Part shown: positions 1 to 9,503 of the stretch, in pieces
Numbering within the stretch: the first letter of the stretch is position 1
Layout: the number at the start of each line of letters is the position of its first letter
Origin: an uncultured virus (IMG/VR IMGVR_UViG_3300021964_000043)
Lineage: Duplodnaviria; Heunggongvirae; Uroviricota; Caudoviricetes
Length of the DNA: 64,000 nt
Reading direction: 5' to 3' (one strand)
IMG/VR virus record: IMGVR_UViG_3300021964_000043
Position numbers and translations under genes: made by a program
The notes under the pieces: generated by a model
The model's input: the letters and a program-made list of their open reading frames with translations, nothing else
Databases searched by the model: none
Told to the model about the DNA's origin: nothing

Positions 1-179
1 ATCGTACTGTTTCCAAGATTATTCAAATCTTCTCTAAGCATAGGTCGACCACCAGCAGTGTAATTGTCATGGACGACCAAAGTATCCTTTGTGGTGTCGA
101 GAGTAATCTCACCCTCGGCGCCTGTAAACGACGCGTGTTCTGCTGTCGTGCCGCGCCTTAGTTTAAGTTGTGTTGCCAT
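1..179 (-). CDS. Tail fibre protein, N-terminal part (runs off the window); Mtd_N-like start; paralog of 17060..17902
   Basis: Manual translation from ATG at 179: MATQLKLRRGTTAEHASFTGAEGEITLDTTKDTLVVHDNYTAGGRPMLREDLNNL, nearly identical to the N-terminus of 17060..17902. Confidence 0.85.
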   Translation of the reverse strand, partial: MATQLKLRRGTTAEHASFTGAEGEITLDTTKDTLVVHDNYTAGGRPMLREDLNNLGNST

Positions 180-182
180 TTA

Positions 183-1568
183 TTAGCTCCCGACAAATTC
201 AATGATCATAATGTCATTGTTAGTTAAAGTAATATTTGATTGACTCGAATTATATAAACGAAACTCTAGTGTATCATCAAAACTACAAGCTTCCATCCAA
301 GAAAATGTGTTGTGATAATTTGCCATTCCATCATAATCTGCATACGTTACTTTAGAACCATTTTTCCATAATTCTAAAGTACAGTTTTGGTTTGGTCTAA
401 ATTTCAAATCAAACTTAAGATACGAGTTAGTCATATCTTTTGTAATTCGTATACGTTGATTTGAGTCTTCAAGTGTAAATCCACCAATACCATCTTCGAC
501 AGTATTAGTAAGATCAATTCTTGCTCCATTAGATCCTGCAACATTACAACCTGTACAGGTCTGAGATCCAAATCTATACATTGTAAATCGTTTATTGATA
601 AGCGTTCCAGTCTTTAGATTAGACTGGTCTGCTTTCATAAGTTCATAACCACCTGGTGTTGAGCCATCATGAACAAATAGTGCATTATTACTATCAATAC
701 CAAGTATATTATCCGAAAGGAAGGCGAGAAGGAGAAGACCGCCGTTATCTCTTAAGCCTGGTGAAGAAACATCAGTAATAAGACCATCGTCTACTGTAGT
801 TGCTACAGCATCAGTGAGTAGACCATTATCAGTAATACTTAATGTGCCTGTTGGTTGTTCACTAGCACCAGCCGAATCTGAAAAAGCTAATGTTTTCCAA
901 CCACGACCCGTATAAACTTCAAGATCAGCAATAGCATCACCAGCGTCAGTATTCATACGAATATAGCCAATAGTTTCGGCTGGTGGATCAGAAACCGTAA
1001 TGACATTTGCCATTCCAGTCTGAGCATGCTGAATTACAACCTGGTTATATGCGTAATTTGTTGGAATATTCCAAACAATAACACCTGGTGCATTACTACC
1101 GACTACGCTTTTTATTCCTTGAGTTCCAGTAATACCATCACTAGCACTAAGAGTAAATATATCATCAGCGTCACCAGCATTTGTTTTCTCTGTATGTCTT
1201 AAATAAAGTCCATGCCCTACAGCGTAATTATTGAAGGTATATGTTGAACCTCTAAATAATACAAGACTTGAAGTGTCTGTTTCGTTTGTAGCAGCTGAAG
1301 TTCTATTATAGTTTGCAACCCAAGACCATAGCCACGGCTCATTCTGTAAAAATCCTGGATCACCAGATTCTACGTTAGCAGTAACACGTAGGTCAAACGA
1401 AACATTTTCACGACCACCTGTAGCAGTCGTCGGTCTCTCAGACGTATTACCCCGTGGAAGCTTAAGCGCTCCTACAGTGCCAGATACATCTTGCGAATAC
1501 CAATTACAATCTTCAATTGAGACTGTATTATTGGCAATTCCATCTCCACTGACCTGAGTTACTGCCAC
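183..1568 (-). CDS. Virion structural/tail fibre protein with a degenerate cupredoxin-like domain; paralog of 17906..19327
   Basis: LKLPRGNTSERP and GYIRMNTD...LEVYTG.GW fibre motifs; VHDGSTPGGY; colinear with 17906..19327. Confidence 0.75.
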   Translation of the reverse strand: MAVTQVSGDGIANNTVSIEDCNWYSQDVSGTVGALKLPRGNTSERPTTATGGRENVSFDLRVTANVESGDPGFLQNEPWLWSWVANYNRTSAATNETDTSSLVLFRGSTYTFNNYAVGHGLYLRHTEKTNAGDADDIFTLSASDGITGTQGIKSVVGSNAPGVIVWNIPTNYAYNQVVIQHAQTGMANVITVSDPPAETIGYIRMNTDAGDAIADLEVYTGRGWKTLAFSDSAGASEQPTGTLSITDNGLLTDAVATTVDDGLITDVSSPGLRDNGGLLLLAFLSDNILGIDSNNALFVHDGSTPGGYELMKADQSNLKTGTLINKRFTMYRFGSQTCTGCNVAGSNGARIDLTNTVEDGIGGFTLEDSNQRIRITKDMTNSYLKFDLKFRPNQNCTLELWKNGSKVTYADYDGMANYHNTFSWMEACSFDDTLEFRLYNSSQSNITLTNNDIMIIEFVGS

Positions 1569-1578
1569 GACCTACTCC

Positions 1579-1989
1579 TTATGAAGTAGGTTCAGTCGGC
1601 CAAGTCACATTACCAAGAGTACGTCCATCCCAAGTTGGCGCGGGATTATCAGCAGGCATATCGCGAAGTTCTTGACGATAAGTTGTCCACTCAGCTGACA
1701 TGGTAACATCTGAGTTACCCATCCAATCTGATTCTGCTAACTTGGTATCACGCTGTTTGCGAAGTTCTTTCATTGGAGCAGCAGCATCAATTTCATCTTT
1801 CTTAGTTGAAATATCTGCCCATGTAACACCCCAGTCAGCTGGATCAGCTGACTCGATGGCTGAACCATTTGAATCTGCACCAGTTACTTTACGGAACATT
1901 TCACCGAATTCTGCTTCGGTTGTTGGCTCACCGCGAAGAACCCATTCAGTAATCCCAAGTTCACCGAGTGCTTGTGCAACACTTGCCAT
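1579..1989 (-). CDS. Tail fibre assembly chaperone-like protein
   Basis: C-terminal LRKQRDTKLAESDW...WTTYRQELRDMP...VTWPTEP signature; GGAG SD upstream. Confidence 0.75.
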   Translation of the reverse strand: MASVAQALGELGITEWVLRGEPTTEAEFGEMFRKVTGADSNGSAIESADPADWGVTWADISTKKDEIDAAAPMKELRKQRDTKLAESDWMGNSDVTMSAEWTTYRQELRDMPADNPAPTWDGRTLGNVTWPTEPTS

Positions 1990-2029
1990 AGTTTATCTCT
2001 CCTTCGAGTTAAAAAAGTTATTATGATGT

Positions 2030-2037
2030 TATTTATA
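2030..2037 (-). promoter_or_regulatory. T4-type late promoter TATAAATA
   Basis: Exact match in the intergenic gap upstream of 1579..1989. Confidence 0.75.
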
Positions 2038-2042
2038 TAGTT

Positions 2043-2567
2043 TTAGCCTTTGATTTCGTCGCATCTTAAGTTAACTGGACTTGTCAAACCGCCCGTATTA
2101 TATTGAAACCAGACAGTACCTCCACCACCTCGTGATCTAACGTATATATGGTATGTTATTTCATTACCAAAAGTATATGAAGGAGTATGAGTGTATTGAC
2201 AAGACCAAGTACCATTATATGTATTTGCTTGCCTAATAGCACCAATATAAGATACAAAAACTGGTGTTACTCCAGTTGGATTTGATATATATAGTGCTGC
2301 AACCATATTCAAACTGATAGTATCATAAGTTTGTTGACCACTGGCCATATTAAGTACAAAGGTGCTACCAGCAGATACTGGTGTAATAGCAAGTGTTAAT
2401 CCAGTAGCTACTTCTGCATCACTTGAAGTTCCAACTTGCCCAGTTAGTGTACTTGTTTTTGTTTGTATTACAGTTTTAGTCGGTAGATCGCCACCACCAA
2501 TTACGGGTACTTGTCCTGTGATAAGAGAACCTGTTAAACTTCGATTATTAATTTTAGTTAATGGCAT
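2043..2567 (-). CDS. Short tail fibre/adhesin-like protein (EIAQ paralog family)
   Basis: VIQ...ITP...ITY...EIKG pattern shared with neighbours. Confidence 0.65.
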   Translation of the reverse strand: MPLTKINNRSLTGSLITGQVPVIGGGDLPTKTVIQTKTSTLTGQVGTSSDAEVATGLTLAITPVSAGSTFVLNMASGQQTYDTISLNMVAALYISNPTGVTPVFVSYIGAIRQANTYNGTWSCQYTHTPSYTFGNEITYHIYVRSRGGGGTVWFQYNTGGLTSPVNLRCDEIKG

Positions 2568-2571
2568 GTCC

Positions 2572-3081
2572 TTATCCTAATCTAAATCCGCAGAAAAATG
2601 CTAGCCTACTCTGTGGAAATCCAGTAGTTTTATCTGATCCACTTGATTGCTGCACTTTAAATTCAACTGTATCACCTGCAGATAAATTAGCAATGTTTAC
2701 CTGTCTTACAGCCTGATTTGTAATCATAGTTGGATTATATACTTCATGCTGAGCATCACTGCTGCCATTAATAAAAAGAGTTGTAACAATAAATGTACTG
2801 GCACCAATTCCATTTACTGTAACACCCGTACTAAAATGATATAATCCACCCTGTCCGGCCGGCACTGTAAACACTCCACTGGAAACTGCACTGTGTGTAT
2901 CAAGTTCTTCTGTCCATGTTAATGACATAAAACTACCACTTGTTAATGTGTTTGTCGCGCTTTCTCTGCATACAAAGGCAGGACTAATTGTCTTACCAGA
3001 AATATACCCGTTTGCATCAATTGTTACTGCAGCTGTACCAGTATTATTTTGAATCTGATCTACTTTTAAGATACCGGTCAT
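2572..3081 (-). CDS. Tail fibre protein with C1q/TNF-like C-terminal domain
   Basis: PAF...GVFTVPAGQGGLYHF...LSAGDTVE...FCGFRL; likely start MTGILKV at 3081 (ATGA overlap). Confidence 0.65.
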   Translation of the reverse strand: MTGILKVDQIQNNTGTAAVTIDANGYISGKTISPAFVCRESATNTLTSGSFMSLTWTEELDTHSAVSSGVFTVPAGQGGLYHFSTGVTVNGIGASTFIVTTLFINGSSDAQHEVYNPTMITNQAVRQVNIANLSAGDTVEFKVQQSSGSDKTTGFPQSRLAFFCGFRLG

Positions 3082-3689
3082 TGTGCAATCTCCTGGCAGG
3101 TCAATGTACAAATAGGCCTAGGACTGTTTGTTGTACCTGTCGCGCTATTAACATAAAGAGGATGGTTTGGTCCGTCACTGCCATCATTAGTCCAAACCTG
3201 AAGAGTATATGTTATCTGCGACGTTGTTGATGGACTGTCAAGAATTGTATGACTAAATGACTGTGGTGCCCAGTTTGTGGTAGCGTCACCTGATTCAGCA
3301 GTCCTAACACCTATACCACCACCTTTATACGGAGTTGATGATGCAAAATTGCCGTCATTATTAGTTGTGTCAGTGCCAAGCGTAATTTCAGTAGAACCTC
3401 TAAAAATGCCAGCATAACCAGTATAATAATTCCTATGCCATAACCATAATTGTGTTGACACTAGAATTTTTGATGTATTAAATTTTGGAGTAATATTTAC
3501 AGTCATAATTGTAGTATGACTTGCACTATTTGTCGACATTACTGTATCATATGTATCTTGTAATGTTTGAATAACGTGACCTGGCGCAACAATAGATCCA
3601 CTGTCTGTTCCTACAATCTTTTGACCAGTTGGTACAGTAATTTGAGATGCGTTGTTTGCACGAATGTTATCAGTATAAAGCGTACTCAT
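3078..3689 (-). CDS. Short tail fibre/adhesin-like protein (EIAQ family)
   Basis: MSTLYTDNI...PGHVIQ...ITPKFNTSKILV...LDSPSTTSQITY...EIAQ. Confidence 0.7.
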   Translation of the reverse strand: MSTLYTDNIRANNASQITVPTGQKIVGTDSGSIVAPGHVIQTLQDTYDTVMSTNSASHTTIMTVNITPKFNTSKILVSTQLWLWHRNYYTGYAGIFRGSTEITLGTDTTNNDGNFASSTPYKGGGIGVRTAESGDATTNWAPQSFSHTILDSPSTTSQITYTLQVWTNDGSDGPNHPLYVNSATGTTNSPRPICTLTCQEIAQ

Positions 3690-4369
3690 TGTGCAATCTC
3701 CTGAACTAATAACGTAGAAACTTCACCATTATAATCATTGCCAGAACTTGTATAAAAATAATCTACCCCACTAATGACTAAGTAACCATTGACATGAGCC
3801 CATATTGCAAAATTAAGAGTTGTTCCTGCCGCTACGTTTGGGCTAAGTTGAAACACTTGGCTTTTTGACCTTGTTTGGTAAGCTGTACCATAGGTCCCAG
3901 ACGCATGACCTTCTGGAACATCTGTATTGAAAAACGGATTGTTATCACTACCTGATAATCCAGAAACTTCGTAAGCAGCTGATGTACCAGTTCTGCCACC
4001 AAAGCCTGTGTAGTCTGAAACTGTTGACGATGCCGCGCCAGTTTTATAACCGGCAGTAAAAGAGTAGTTCATTGAATCCGGATTCGAGCTTTGGTAAGCG
4101 CCATAAGAAATATTTACCCAAAACAAAAAAGTAGAGTTTGTTGCTTTTGTTACTAAACCACTAACCTCTAGGATTTTATGCGCGCTAGAGGCACCGTAAG
4201 TTACTGAAGATGTCTGATTGAAACTTTTAACCTGAAGTATAGCTCCAGGTGAATAAATTGATGCGGCATCAGTACCTATTATTTTTTGACCAGTTGGTAC
4301 TACAATCTGGTTTGCATTTGCTCCAGTTGGTACGCCTCGAATTGTAGTTACTTGTAATTCACTTGCCAT
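3686..4369 (-). CDS. Short tail fibre/adhesin-like protein (EIAQ family)
   Basis: MASELQV...VPTGQKIIGTD...PGAILQV...EIAQ. Confidence 0.7.
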   Translation of the reverse strand: MASELQVTTIRGVPTGANANQIVVPTGQKIIGTDAASIYSPGAILQVKSFNQTSSVTYGASSAHKILEVSGLVTKATNSTFLFWVNISYGAYQSSNPDSMNYSFTAGYKTGAASSTVSDYTGFGGRTGTSAAYEVSGLSGSDNNPFFNTDVPEGHASGTYGTAYQTRSKSQVFQLSPNVAAGTTLNFAIWAHVNGYLVISGVDYFYTSSGNDYNGEVSTLLVQEIAQ

Positions 4370-4834
4370 TTATATCACCGTTAATGTTCCGTCAATAGTC
4401 ACTGTCGCATCTAAACGAACTGGACCAGCAACGAAGGCATTCTTTGTACTTGCAATCGTGACGTTTTGGTCAATGACTGCATCGTTAACTCGAATAGGAG
4501 TATCATCTGCCACAAGACTTGATCCTAACTTATTAGTACTTATAGCACCATCAGAAACCGTTGTGGTATTACCAACTTCGCCCATAGCTGTAACGAAATC
4601 AACTACATCAGCTGATACAAGTGCAGCACCAAAAGTAATGGTTGAACCGTTTACCGTATAACCAACTCCTGGCTCTTGCATGACACCATTAACTGAAACT
4701 AGAAGAGATTCAGCATTTGAAGGTTCAAACGCAGCAGTATTATAAAGCAAGCTATAAGCACTTGACCCATCGGTAGTAATACTATCTAATTTCTTAAACT
4801 CGCCTGTCTTCGGGCTTTTTCCAATAAACGGCAT
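4370..4834 (-). CDS. Tail fibre adaptor-like structural protein; paralog of 9504..9968
   Basis: LLVSVNGVMQEPG...YTVNGSTITF module; C-terminal NAFVAGPV...GTLTVI. Confidence 0.65.
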   Translation of the reverse strand: MPFIGKSPKTGEFKKLDSITTDGSSAYSLLYNTAAFEPSNAESLLVSVNGVMQEPGVGYTVNGSTITFGAALVSADVVDFVTAMGEVGNTTTVSDGAISTNKLGSSLVADDTPIRVNDAVIDQNVTIASTKNAFVAGPVRLDATVTIDGTLTVI

Positions 4835-4837
4835 AAA

Positions 4838-5062
4838 TTATTCTCCCAATCCTGCTAAATAATTTTTAGCAGCTGTCAGTGAAGAATTAAATGATGTCAA
4901 ATCTTCTGAACTTTCACTAACCATTGAAATTCCAAGTTGGTATTCAATACCTTTAATAACTTCATTTATTCTTGTTACATCTGTACTGTCATTAGATACT
5001 AATTGATCTAAATAAGCGCAACCATTTGTTAAATCTGTAATATATTGAGTTAAATCTGCCAT
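4838..5062 (-). CDS. Hypothetical protein
   Basis: Fills the gap in the operon; likely start MADLTQY at 5062. Confidence 0.55.
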   Translation of the reverse strand: MADLTQYITDLTNGCAYLDQLVSNDSTDVTRINEVIKGIEYQLGISMVSESSEDLTSFNSSLTAAKNYLAGLGE

Positions 5063-5063
5063 A

Positions 5064-5681
5064 TCAATATCCATTCTCATCATGTATGCCAGTCATAGCA
5101 CCAGCATATAAAAATATTTGGTCTGCATAAAGCGTTTGAGAAGCATTGGTATTTAATACGCTTCCTTGACTATTTGACGCACTCATTTCAAGAGTGATTC
5201 CGTTACCGCCTCTTCCCGTAACATCAAAAACTCTTGCTGCTTGATTGGTATTTGAATGAACAGAACCTGTAAAACGAAATCCTCCGGTGCCACTTGTACC
5301 CCACCAATCATAAGAACTTGGTCCAGTTATGGGTTGGACTATACTATTATCTGTTACATCAAAGAGTCGCCAAGTATACCAATAAGCACCAGCACTAATA
5401 TAACCAAAAAAAGTTAATGAACACATATTTGCCCAACTTTGTTCTAATACAGAATCACTTGGTAAAGTAAAGGTGCTTGACATCGTTCTGTACGCTGTTG
5501 CAGGCATAGATTGAACCGAATTATCCCAAGTATAAAGCATCGAGCCTAGAGCATGAATTTTTGATTGAGTGATAGCGTCATCAGCAACTTTAGTTGTTGT
5601 GATTGCTCCATCGGCAATTTGCGAAGATCCTATTGTGCCAGTAAGATTTGTTGCCGGTATAGTAATTACTGATCTTGTCAT
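5064..5681 (-). CDS. Tail fibre-like protein
   Basis: IADGAITTTKVADDAITQSKI fibre repeats followed by a beta-rich C-terminal domain. Confidence 0.65.
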   Translation of the reverse strand: MTRSVITIPATNLTGTIGSSQIADGAITTTKVADDAITQSKIHALGSMLYTWDNSVQSMPATAYRTMSSTFTLPSDSVLEQSWANMCSLTFFGYISAGAYWYTWRLFDVTDNSIVQPITGPSSYDWWGTSGTGGFRFTGSVHSNTNQAARVFDVTGRGGNGITLEMSASNSQGSVLNTNASQTLYADQIFLYAGAMTGIHDENGY

Positions 5682-5685
5682 ATCC

Positions 5686-6642
5686 TTATCCTACTAAATG
5701 ACCTCCAACTACAACATAACCACCCAAATAAGCATTTGCATATGATGCGTTAGAAGCAACTTCTAAATAATCACCAGCAGCTAAATTCCAAACTTGTGTT
5801 TTACTAGTAGTATTATCTCCGGATGCAGAGTTATAAGATTGTACCCAGTTTCCACCACCCAAGCTACCGTTTTTTAAGAAAGCCCAAAGGTGATAAGTAC
5901 TACCGGATCCGTGATGCACCGTTGCGTAAATCATATATCTACCAGCTACTGGTGCAGTAAAACGTCCAGTTGAGTTATTCCAATGACTACCAATATTGTG
6001 ATCAACAGTAGCAAATCCCTGCCATATATAAGTAGAAGCTTGATAATTCCAAGTGCCACCATAAGCCATGAAGCTTGGTTGTTTAGTTGTTAAAATTCTT
6101 CCACCTTCATCAATTACCAAAGCATCGTTTTGAACTCCAGCACTTGAAGGCTGATAAACGATAAAAGGGTTATTATCATAGTCAGCAGTATAAGTAGAAC
6201 GAAGTGCAAATCGATTTGAAACTGCAGATTGAATTGCCAGTTGCATTTTATTAGTACTGCTGCTCATATTCATAGCATCGATACGAACGGTCTTTGATGA
6301 AAGATCCATGTCGGTATGAAGTTTAGCATGAGTAACCGATGTATTAGCAATTTGGCTTGTACCAACGGAGTTTGCTGGTGGATTGATTGTTCCAATTGCT
6401 TGTCCCTGATAAATTAAGTAACAAGAATCGGATAAAGTCACTGCTTGTGTAAAGGTAATCGTATTTCCAGACGCGGTATAAGAAACATCGGGTTCTTGAC
6501 GAACATTGTTGATAAACACTTCCATATCATAAGCATTCGTTACGCTTCGATTTAAAGTGTATGCAGTGCTTCCATCGCCAGTAATTGTTTGTTTGGCGAG
6601 TGACTGATACTGATCTGCTGGTTGACTACCTAAAAATGGCAT
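5686..6642 (-). CDS. Tail fibre protein with C1q-like C-terminal domain
   Basis: GDGSTAYTL...VFINNVRQEP module; PSF...TGRFTAPVAGRY...LAAGDYLEV...GHLVG. Confidence 0.7.
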   Translation of the reverse strand: MPFLGSQPADQYQSLAKQTITGDGSTAYTLNRSVTNAYDMEVFINNVRQEPDVSYTASGNTITFTQAVTLSDSCYLIYQGQAIGTINPPANSVGTSQIANTSVTHAKLHTDMDLSSKTVRIDAMNMSSSTNKMQLAIQSAVSNRFALRSTYTADYDNNPFIVYQPSSAGVQNDALVIDEGGRILTTKQPSFMAYGGTWNYQASTYIWQGFATVDHNIGSHWNNSTGRFTAPVAGRYMIYATVHHGSGSTYHLWAFLKNGSLGGGNWVQSYNSASGDNTTSKTQVWNLAAGDYLEVASNASYANAYLGGYVVVGGHLVG

Positions 6643-6974
6643 TAACTAAGCTCCAGTACTCCAAGTGTAATATCTAATGCCGTAGCTGTTCCAGCTCTGG
6701 CAAGAAGAATATCATCTGCTTCTAAAATATATTTTTGACCTGCCAATACTTCAAGTGTGGTATTACCAGGAATTGCTACATCAGATAAAAGTTCGGTTGT
6801 TGTTGAAGCCGAAGTGTCAGTAAACTTAATCTTAGCCGTGACTTCGTTTGCAGTTTTATTTGCAATTGCCACGCCAAGAACGATAGAAGTCGTACCAGCA
6901 GGAGCAGTATACAAAGTGGCATCAGCCGAATTATTGACGTTTACCAATGATGCGTTCTTAAAGGTTTCTGCCAT
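6642..6974 (-). CDS. Small structural protein (MANTFK family; paralogs 11701..12030 and 12433..12768)
   Basis: TLYTAPA.TT.IV.G...IPGNTTLE...GQKYILE.DD pattern. Confidence 0.65.
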   Translation of the reverse strand: MAETFKNASLVNVNNSADATLYTAPAGTTSIVLGVAIANKTANEVTAKIKFTDTSASTTTELLSDVAIPGNTTLEVLAGQKYILEADDILLARAGTATALDITLGVLELS

Positions 6975-6978
6975 AGTA

Positions 6979-7395
6979 TTATCCTAATGCAATGCTCAAG
7001 GCAATTGCTGTTCCTTTTGTTGAATATGTATTACCAAAACTGCTACTCATCTTTGCAGGAGTAACAGAACCATCTGCAATTTTTGTTGTAGTAACTTGTC
7101 CATCACCTACGGTCGCTTCATCTCCAAGACCAGAAAGCGCTACCGCAAAAAAGTTTGTGCCGGCGGTTGGTGCAGTCGTAAACTGAATTTGTGAACCACC
7201 ACCAACTACGTTATAAGTAGTATGAGGTTCCTGAATAACACCATTAAGGGAAACAATAAGCTGAGTTGCTGATCCAACGTTGAATGCTACTGTGCCCGTC
7301 GTTAAGTTAAACGTCGTAGTAGTGCCATTAAACGTCAGTGCGTCTACTTTTCTAAATTCACCTTTTGAAGGTGAATTGCCAATATAGTTTGCCAT
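6979..7395 (-). CDS. Tail fibre adaptor-like protein ending in ALSIALG
   Basis: FNGTTTTFNL...LIVSLNGVIQEP module; hydrophobic C-terminal tail. Confidence 0.65.
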   Translation of the reverse strand: MANYIGNSPSKGEFRKVDALTFNGTTTTFNLTTGTVAFNVGSATQLIVSLNGVIQEPHTTYNVVGGGSQIQFTTAPTAGTNFFAVALSGLGDEATVGDGQVTTTKIADGSVTPAKMSSSFGNTYSTKGTAIALSIALG

Positions 7396-7420
7396 CGAGT
7401 TCCCTATCCGTCGATACTGT

Positions 7421-7428
7421 TATTTATA
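7421..7428 (-). promoter_or_regulatory. T4-type late promoter TATAAATA
   Basis: Exact intergenic match upstream of 6979..7395. Confidence 0.75.
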
Positions 7429-7433
7429 CTATA

Positions 7434-7919
7434 TCATGCTTTGATTTCGTACCATGTCAAAAATGAGGCACAATCGCTATCTCCACTTGGATAATTGTAG
7501 TACCAACTGCCTCCAGTACCATAGTGCTGTAAAGTATAAGTTCTTGTTCCACCACCAGTTTGATAATCGTGAACTGTAATATCTGATCTTACACCACGCC
7601 ACCCACCATTACCATTTGTATTTCTACCATATTGACCCAGATTAGTAGAATCAGAAGTCAAAATTCTCCAATAAACAGTATTAGCAGTTTCTACTAAATC
7701 ATTAATCGATAAAGTCAAGTAAACAGTATTTCCAGCCGTTATTCCAGGAACAGTAAAGGTTTCAATGGTTGCCCAAGTGTTCTGAGTATTAGAATCAGCA
7801 TATTGAGTTAGCTTAGCTGAACCCATACGAATTACATTTCCTGCTGGAATACCAGTTAAAAAGTTACTACCATCAGTTAACTTTGAAGTTGCAATATTTC
7901 TTGGTGTGATAAGTGCCAT
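7434..7919 (-). CDS. Short tail fibre/adhesin-like protein (divergent EIAQ family)
   Basis: PAGNVIR...TRTYTLQ...EIKA. Confidence 0.6.
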   Translation of the reverse strand: MALITPRNIATSKLTDGSNFLTGIPAGNVIRMGSAKLTQYADSNTQNTWATIETFTVPGITAGNTVYLTLSINDLVETANTVYWRILTSDSTNLGQYGRNTNGNGGWRGVRSDITVHDYQTGGGTRTYTLQHYGTGGSWYYNYPSGDSDCASFLTWYEIKA

Positions 7920-8377
7920 TACTGTGCAATCTCCATAGCAATCATTCCTCCTCCAGTAGGATTATTAACAGTATAAAGATTTGAATCTGTAGCGCCAGAA
8001 GAAGCGATTCCTTGTAAGGTATAAGTAACTTGACTAGTTGTTGCTGGATTATCCAGCTTAAAACCTACTGCATTTATCCTACCAGTATTTGATTGTCCTT
8101 CACCTGTTATTACGAGTGTTGAACCGTTTCTTTGTACACGAGTTCCCCAATGTCCAGTGGTTGTATTTAATGTTTGAAAATAAGTGATAAAAATTAAAGA
8201 ATTATTAAATTTTGGAGTTATATTTAATGTTATTAAAGTGGTATAAGAAGATGTAGAAGCACCAAAATAGATAATTCCAGATCCTTCGGCTTCTGCAACT
8301 TGAACTACATGTCCTGGAATCTGTACACCAGAGCCAACATTAAGTTCCTGTACTTTATTAACATACATCGTACTCAT
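7919..8377 (-). CDS. Short tail fibre/adhesin-like protein (EIAQ family)
   Basis: PGHVVQV...ITPKFNNS...LDNPATTSQVTY...MEIAQ. Confidence 0.7.
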   Translation of the reverse strand: MSTMYVNKVQELNVGSGVQIPGHVVQVAEAEGSGIIYFGASTSSYTTLITLNITPKFNNSLIFITYFQTLNTTTGHWGTRVQRNGSTLVITGEGQSNTGRINAVGFKLDNPATTSQVTYTLQGIASSGATDSNLYTVNNPTGGGMIAMEIAQ

Positions 8378-8919
8378 TGTTTAAACTCCATAGCTACAAA
8401 GGTCCATATTCCGTTATCGCAATGTCTAATTTCACCAGCTGAGTTTGATTTATAAATTTCTATAGTATACGTCGTTTGACTTGTAGTATTAAATGCGTCA
8501 TCAACTGCAACAACAGCCCAATTAAGAGGTACCCATGTTGACGTATTAGTATATCCATATCTTGTATTTGTATAGAAATAGCTTGATGATCCACCAGATA
8601 TGGCTCTTTGTATTCTTAAGCCAATATCACTACTACTTGTACTTGATAAACCACCAGCTGTATGAGACAAATAGATTTTACTATTAGCATATTTTGGTGT
8701 AATAGATACAGTGGCATAGGTTGATGTCCAAACTCCACCAGCTGTTACTTGTGTTTCGTTTCCAGAAGGACCACCAGTTGCATTTACCATTTGAATTGCA
8801 GAACCAGGTGAAACAATAGAAGCCGCATCTGTGCCAATTACTTTTACGCCAGTTGGAATCGTAATATTACCAGAACCCGAGACTGTGGAGATATTATCGG
8901 CTTTAATTATAGATGTCAT
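8374..8919 (-). CDS. Short tail fibre/adhesin-like protein (EIAQ family)
   Basis: IPTGVKVIGTDAAS...ITPKYANSKI...TTSQTTY...MEFKQ. Confidence 0.7.
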   Translation of the reverse strand: MTSIIKADNISTVSGSGNITIPTGVKVIGTDAASIVSPGSAIQMVNATGGPSGNETQVTAGGVWTSTYATVSITPKYANSKIYLSHTAGGLSSTSSSDIGLRIQRAISGGSSSYFYTNTRYGYTNTSTWVPLNWAVVAVDDAFNTTSQTTYTIEIYKSNSAGEIRHCDNGIWTFVAMEFKQ

Positions 8920-9503
8920 TGTGCAATTTCCGTTAATATCAGTGTTGTATTTGGCGGAGGATTATAGCCATCACCAGGATACGTATGATGCCTATTTATT
9001 CTAAGTTGTCTACTACTAGCATCTGCTTTAGCATATAATTTATAAGTTATTTGACTAGTAGTAGCAGGTGAATCTAAAAAGTTAAAAGGAGTGTGCCACA
9101 TCTTATATACATCGTTTGCTGATCCATTCATTTGTATACCAAAAGAAGCATCAGTAAATCTAGTTTCTGGATCAACACCATTGCCAAGTCTCATAGCAAC
9201 TTCGCTTCCACCACTAATAGTTCTTCCACACTTTCCTGCAGAATAAGAGTTATCAACTCCTCCATAGCAAGTAATACTTTGAATTAGTATTTTACTTGTT
9301 GCTAACTTTGGAGTTATAGTTGATGAAAGGTATTCAACCCAAGATGAAGTTGCAGTAGTTGTAAATCCAGCGTATTGAGCATATACTGTTTGAATCACAT
9401 GTCCTGGCGCATGCAAAGTTTGACCAGAAGGAATAGTAATCGTGTTGGGTGTTGACCCAGCCGCTAATCCTTGAAGTTGTTCTACTGATAATATTGACGC
9501 CAT
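8916..9503 (-). CDS. Short tail fibre/adhesin-like protein (EIAQ family)
   Basis: PGHVIQT...ITPKLATSKILI...LDSPATTSQITY...EIAQ. Confidence 0.7.
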   Translation of the reverse strand: MASILSVEQLQGLAAGSTPNTITIPSGQTLHAPGHVIQTVYAQYAGFTTTATSSWVEYLSSTITPKLATSKILIQSITCYGGVDNSYSAGKCGRTISGGSEVAMRLGNGVDPETRFTDASFGIQMNGSANDVYKMWHTPFNFLDSPATTSQITYKLYAKADASSRQLRINRHHTYPGDGYNPPPNTTLILTEIAQ

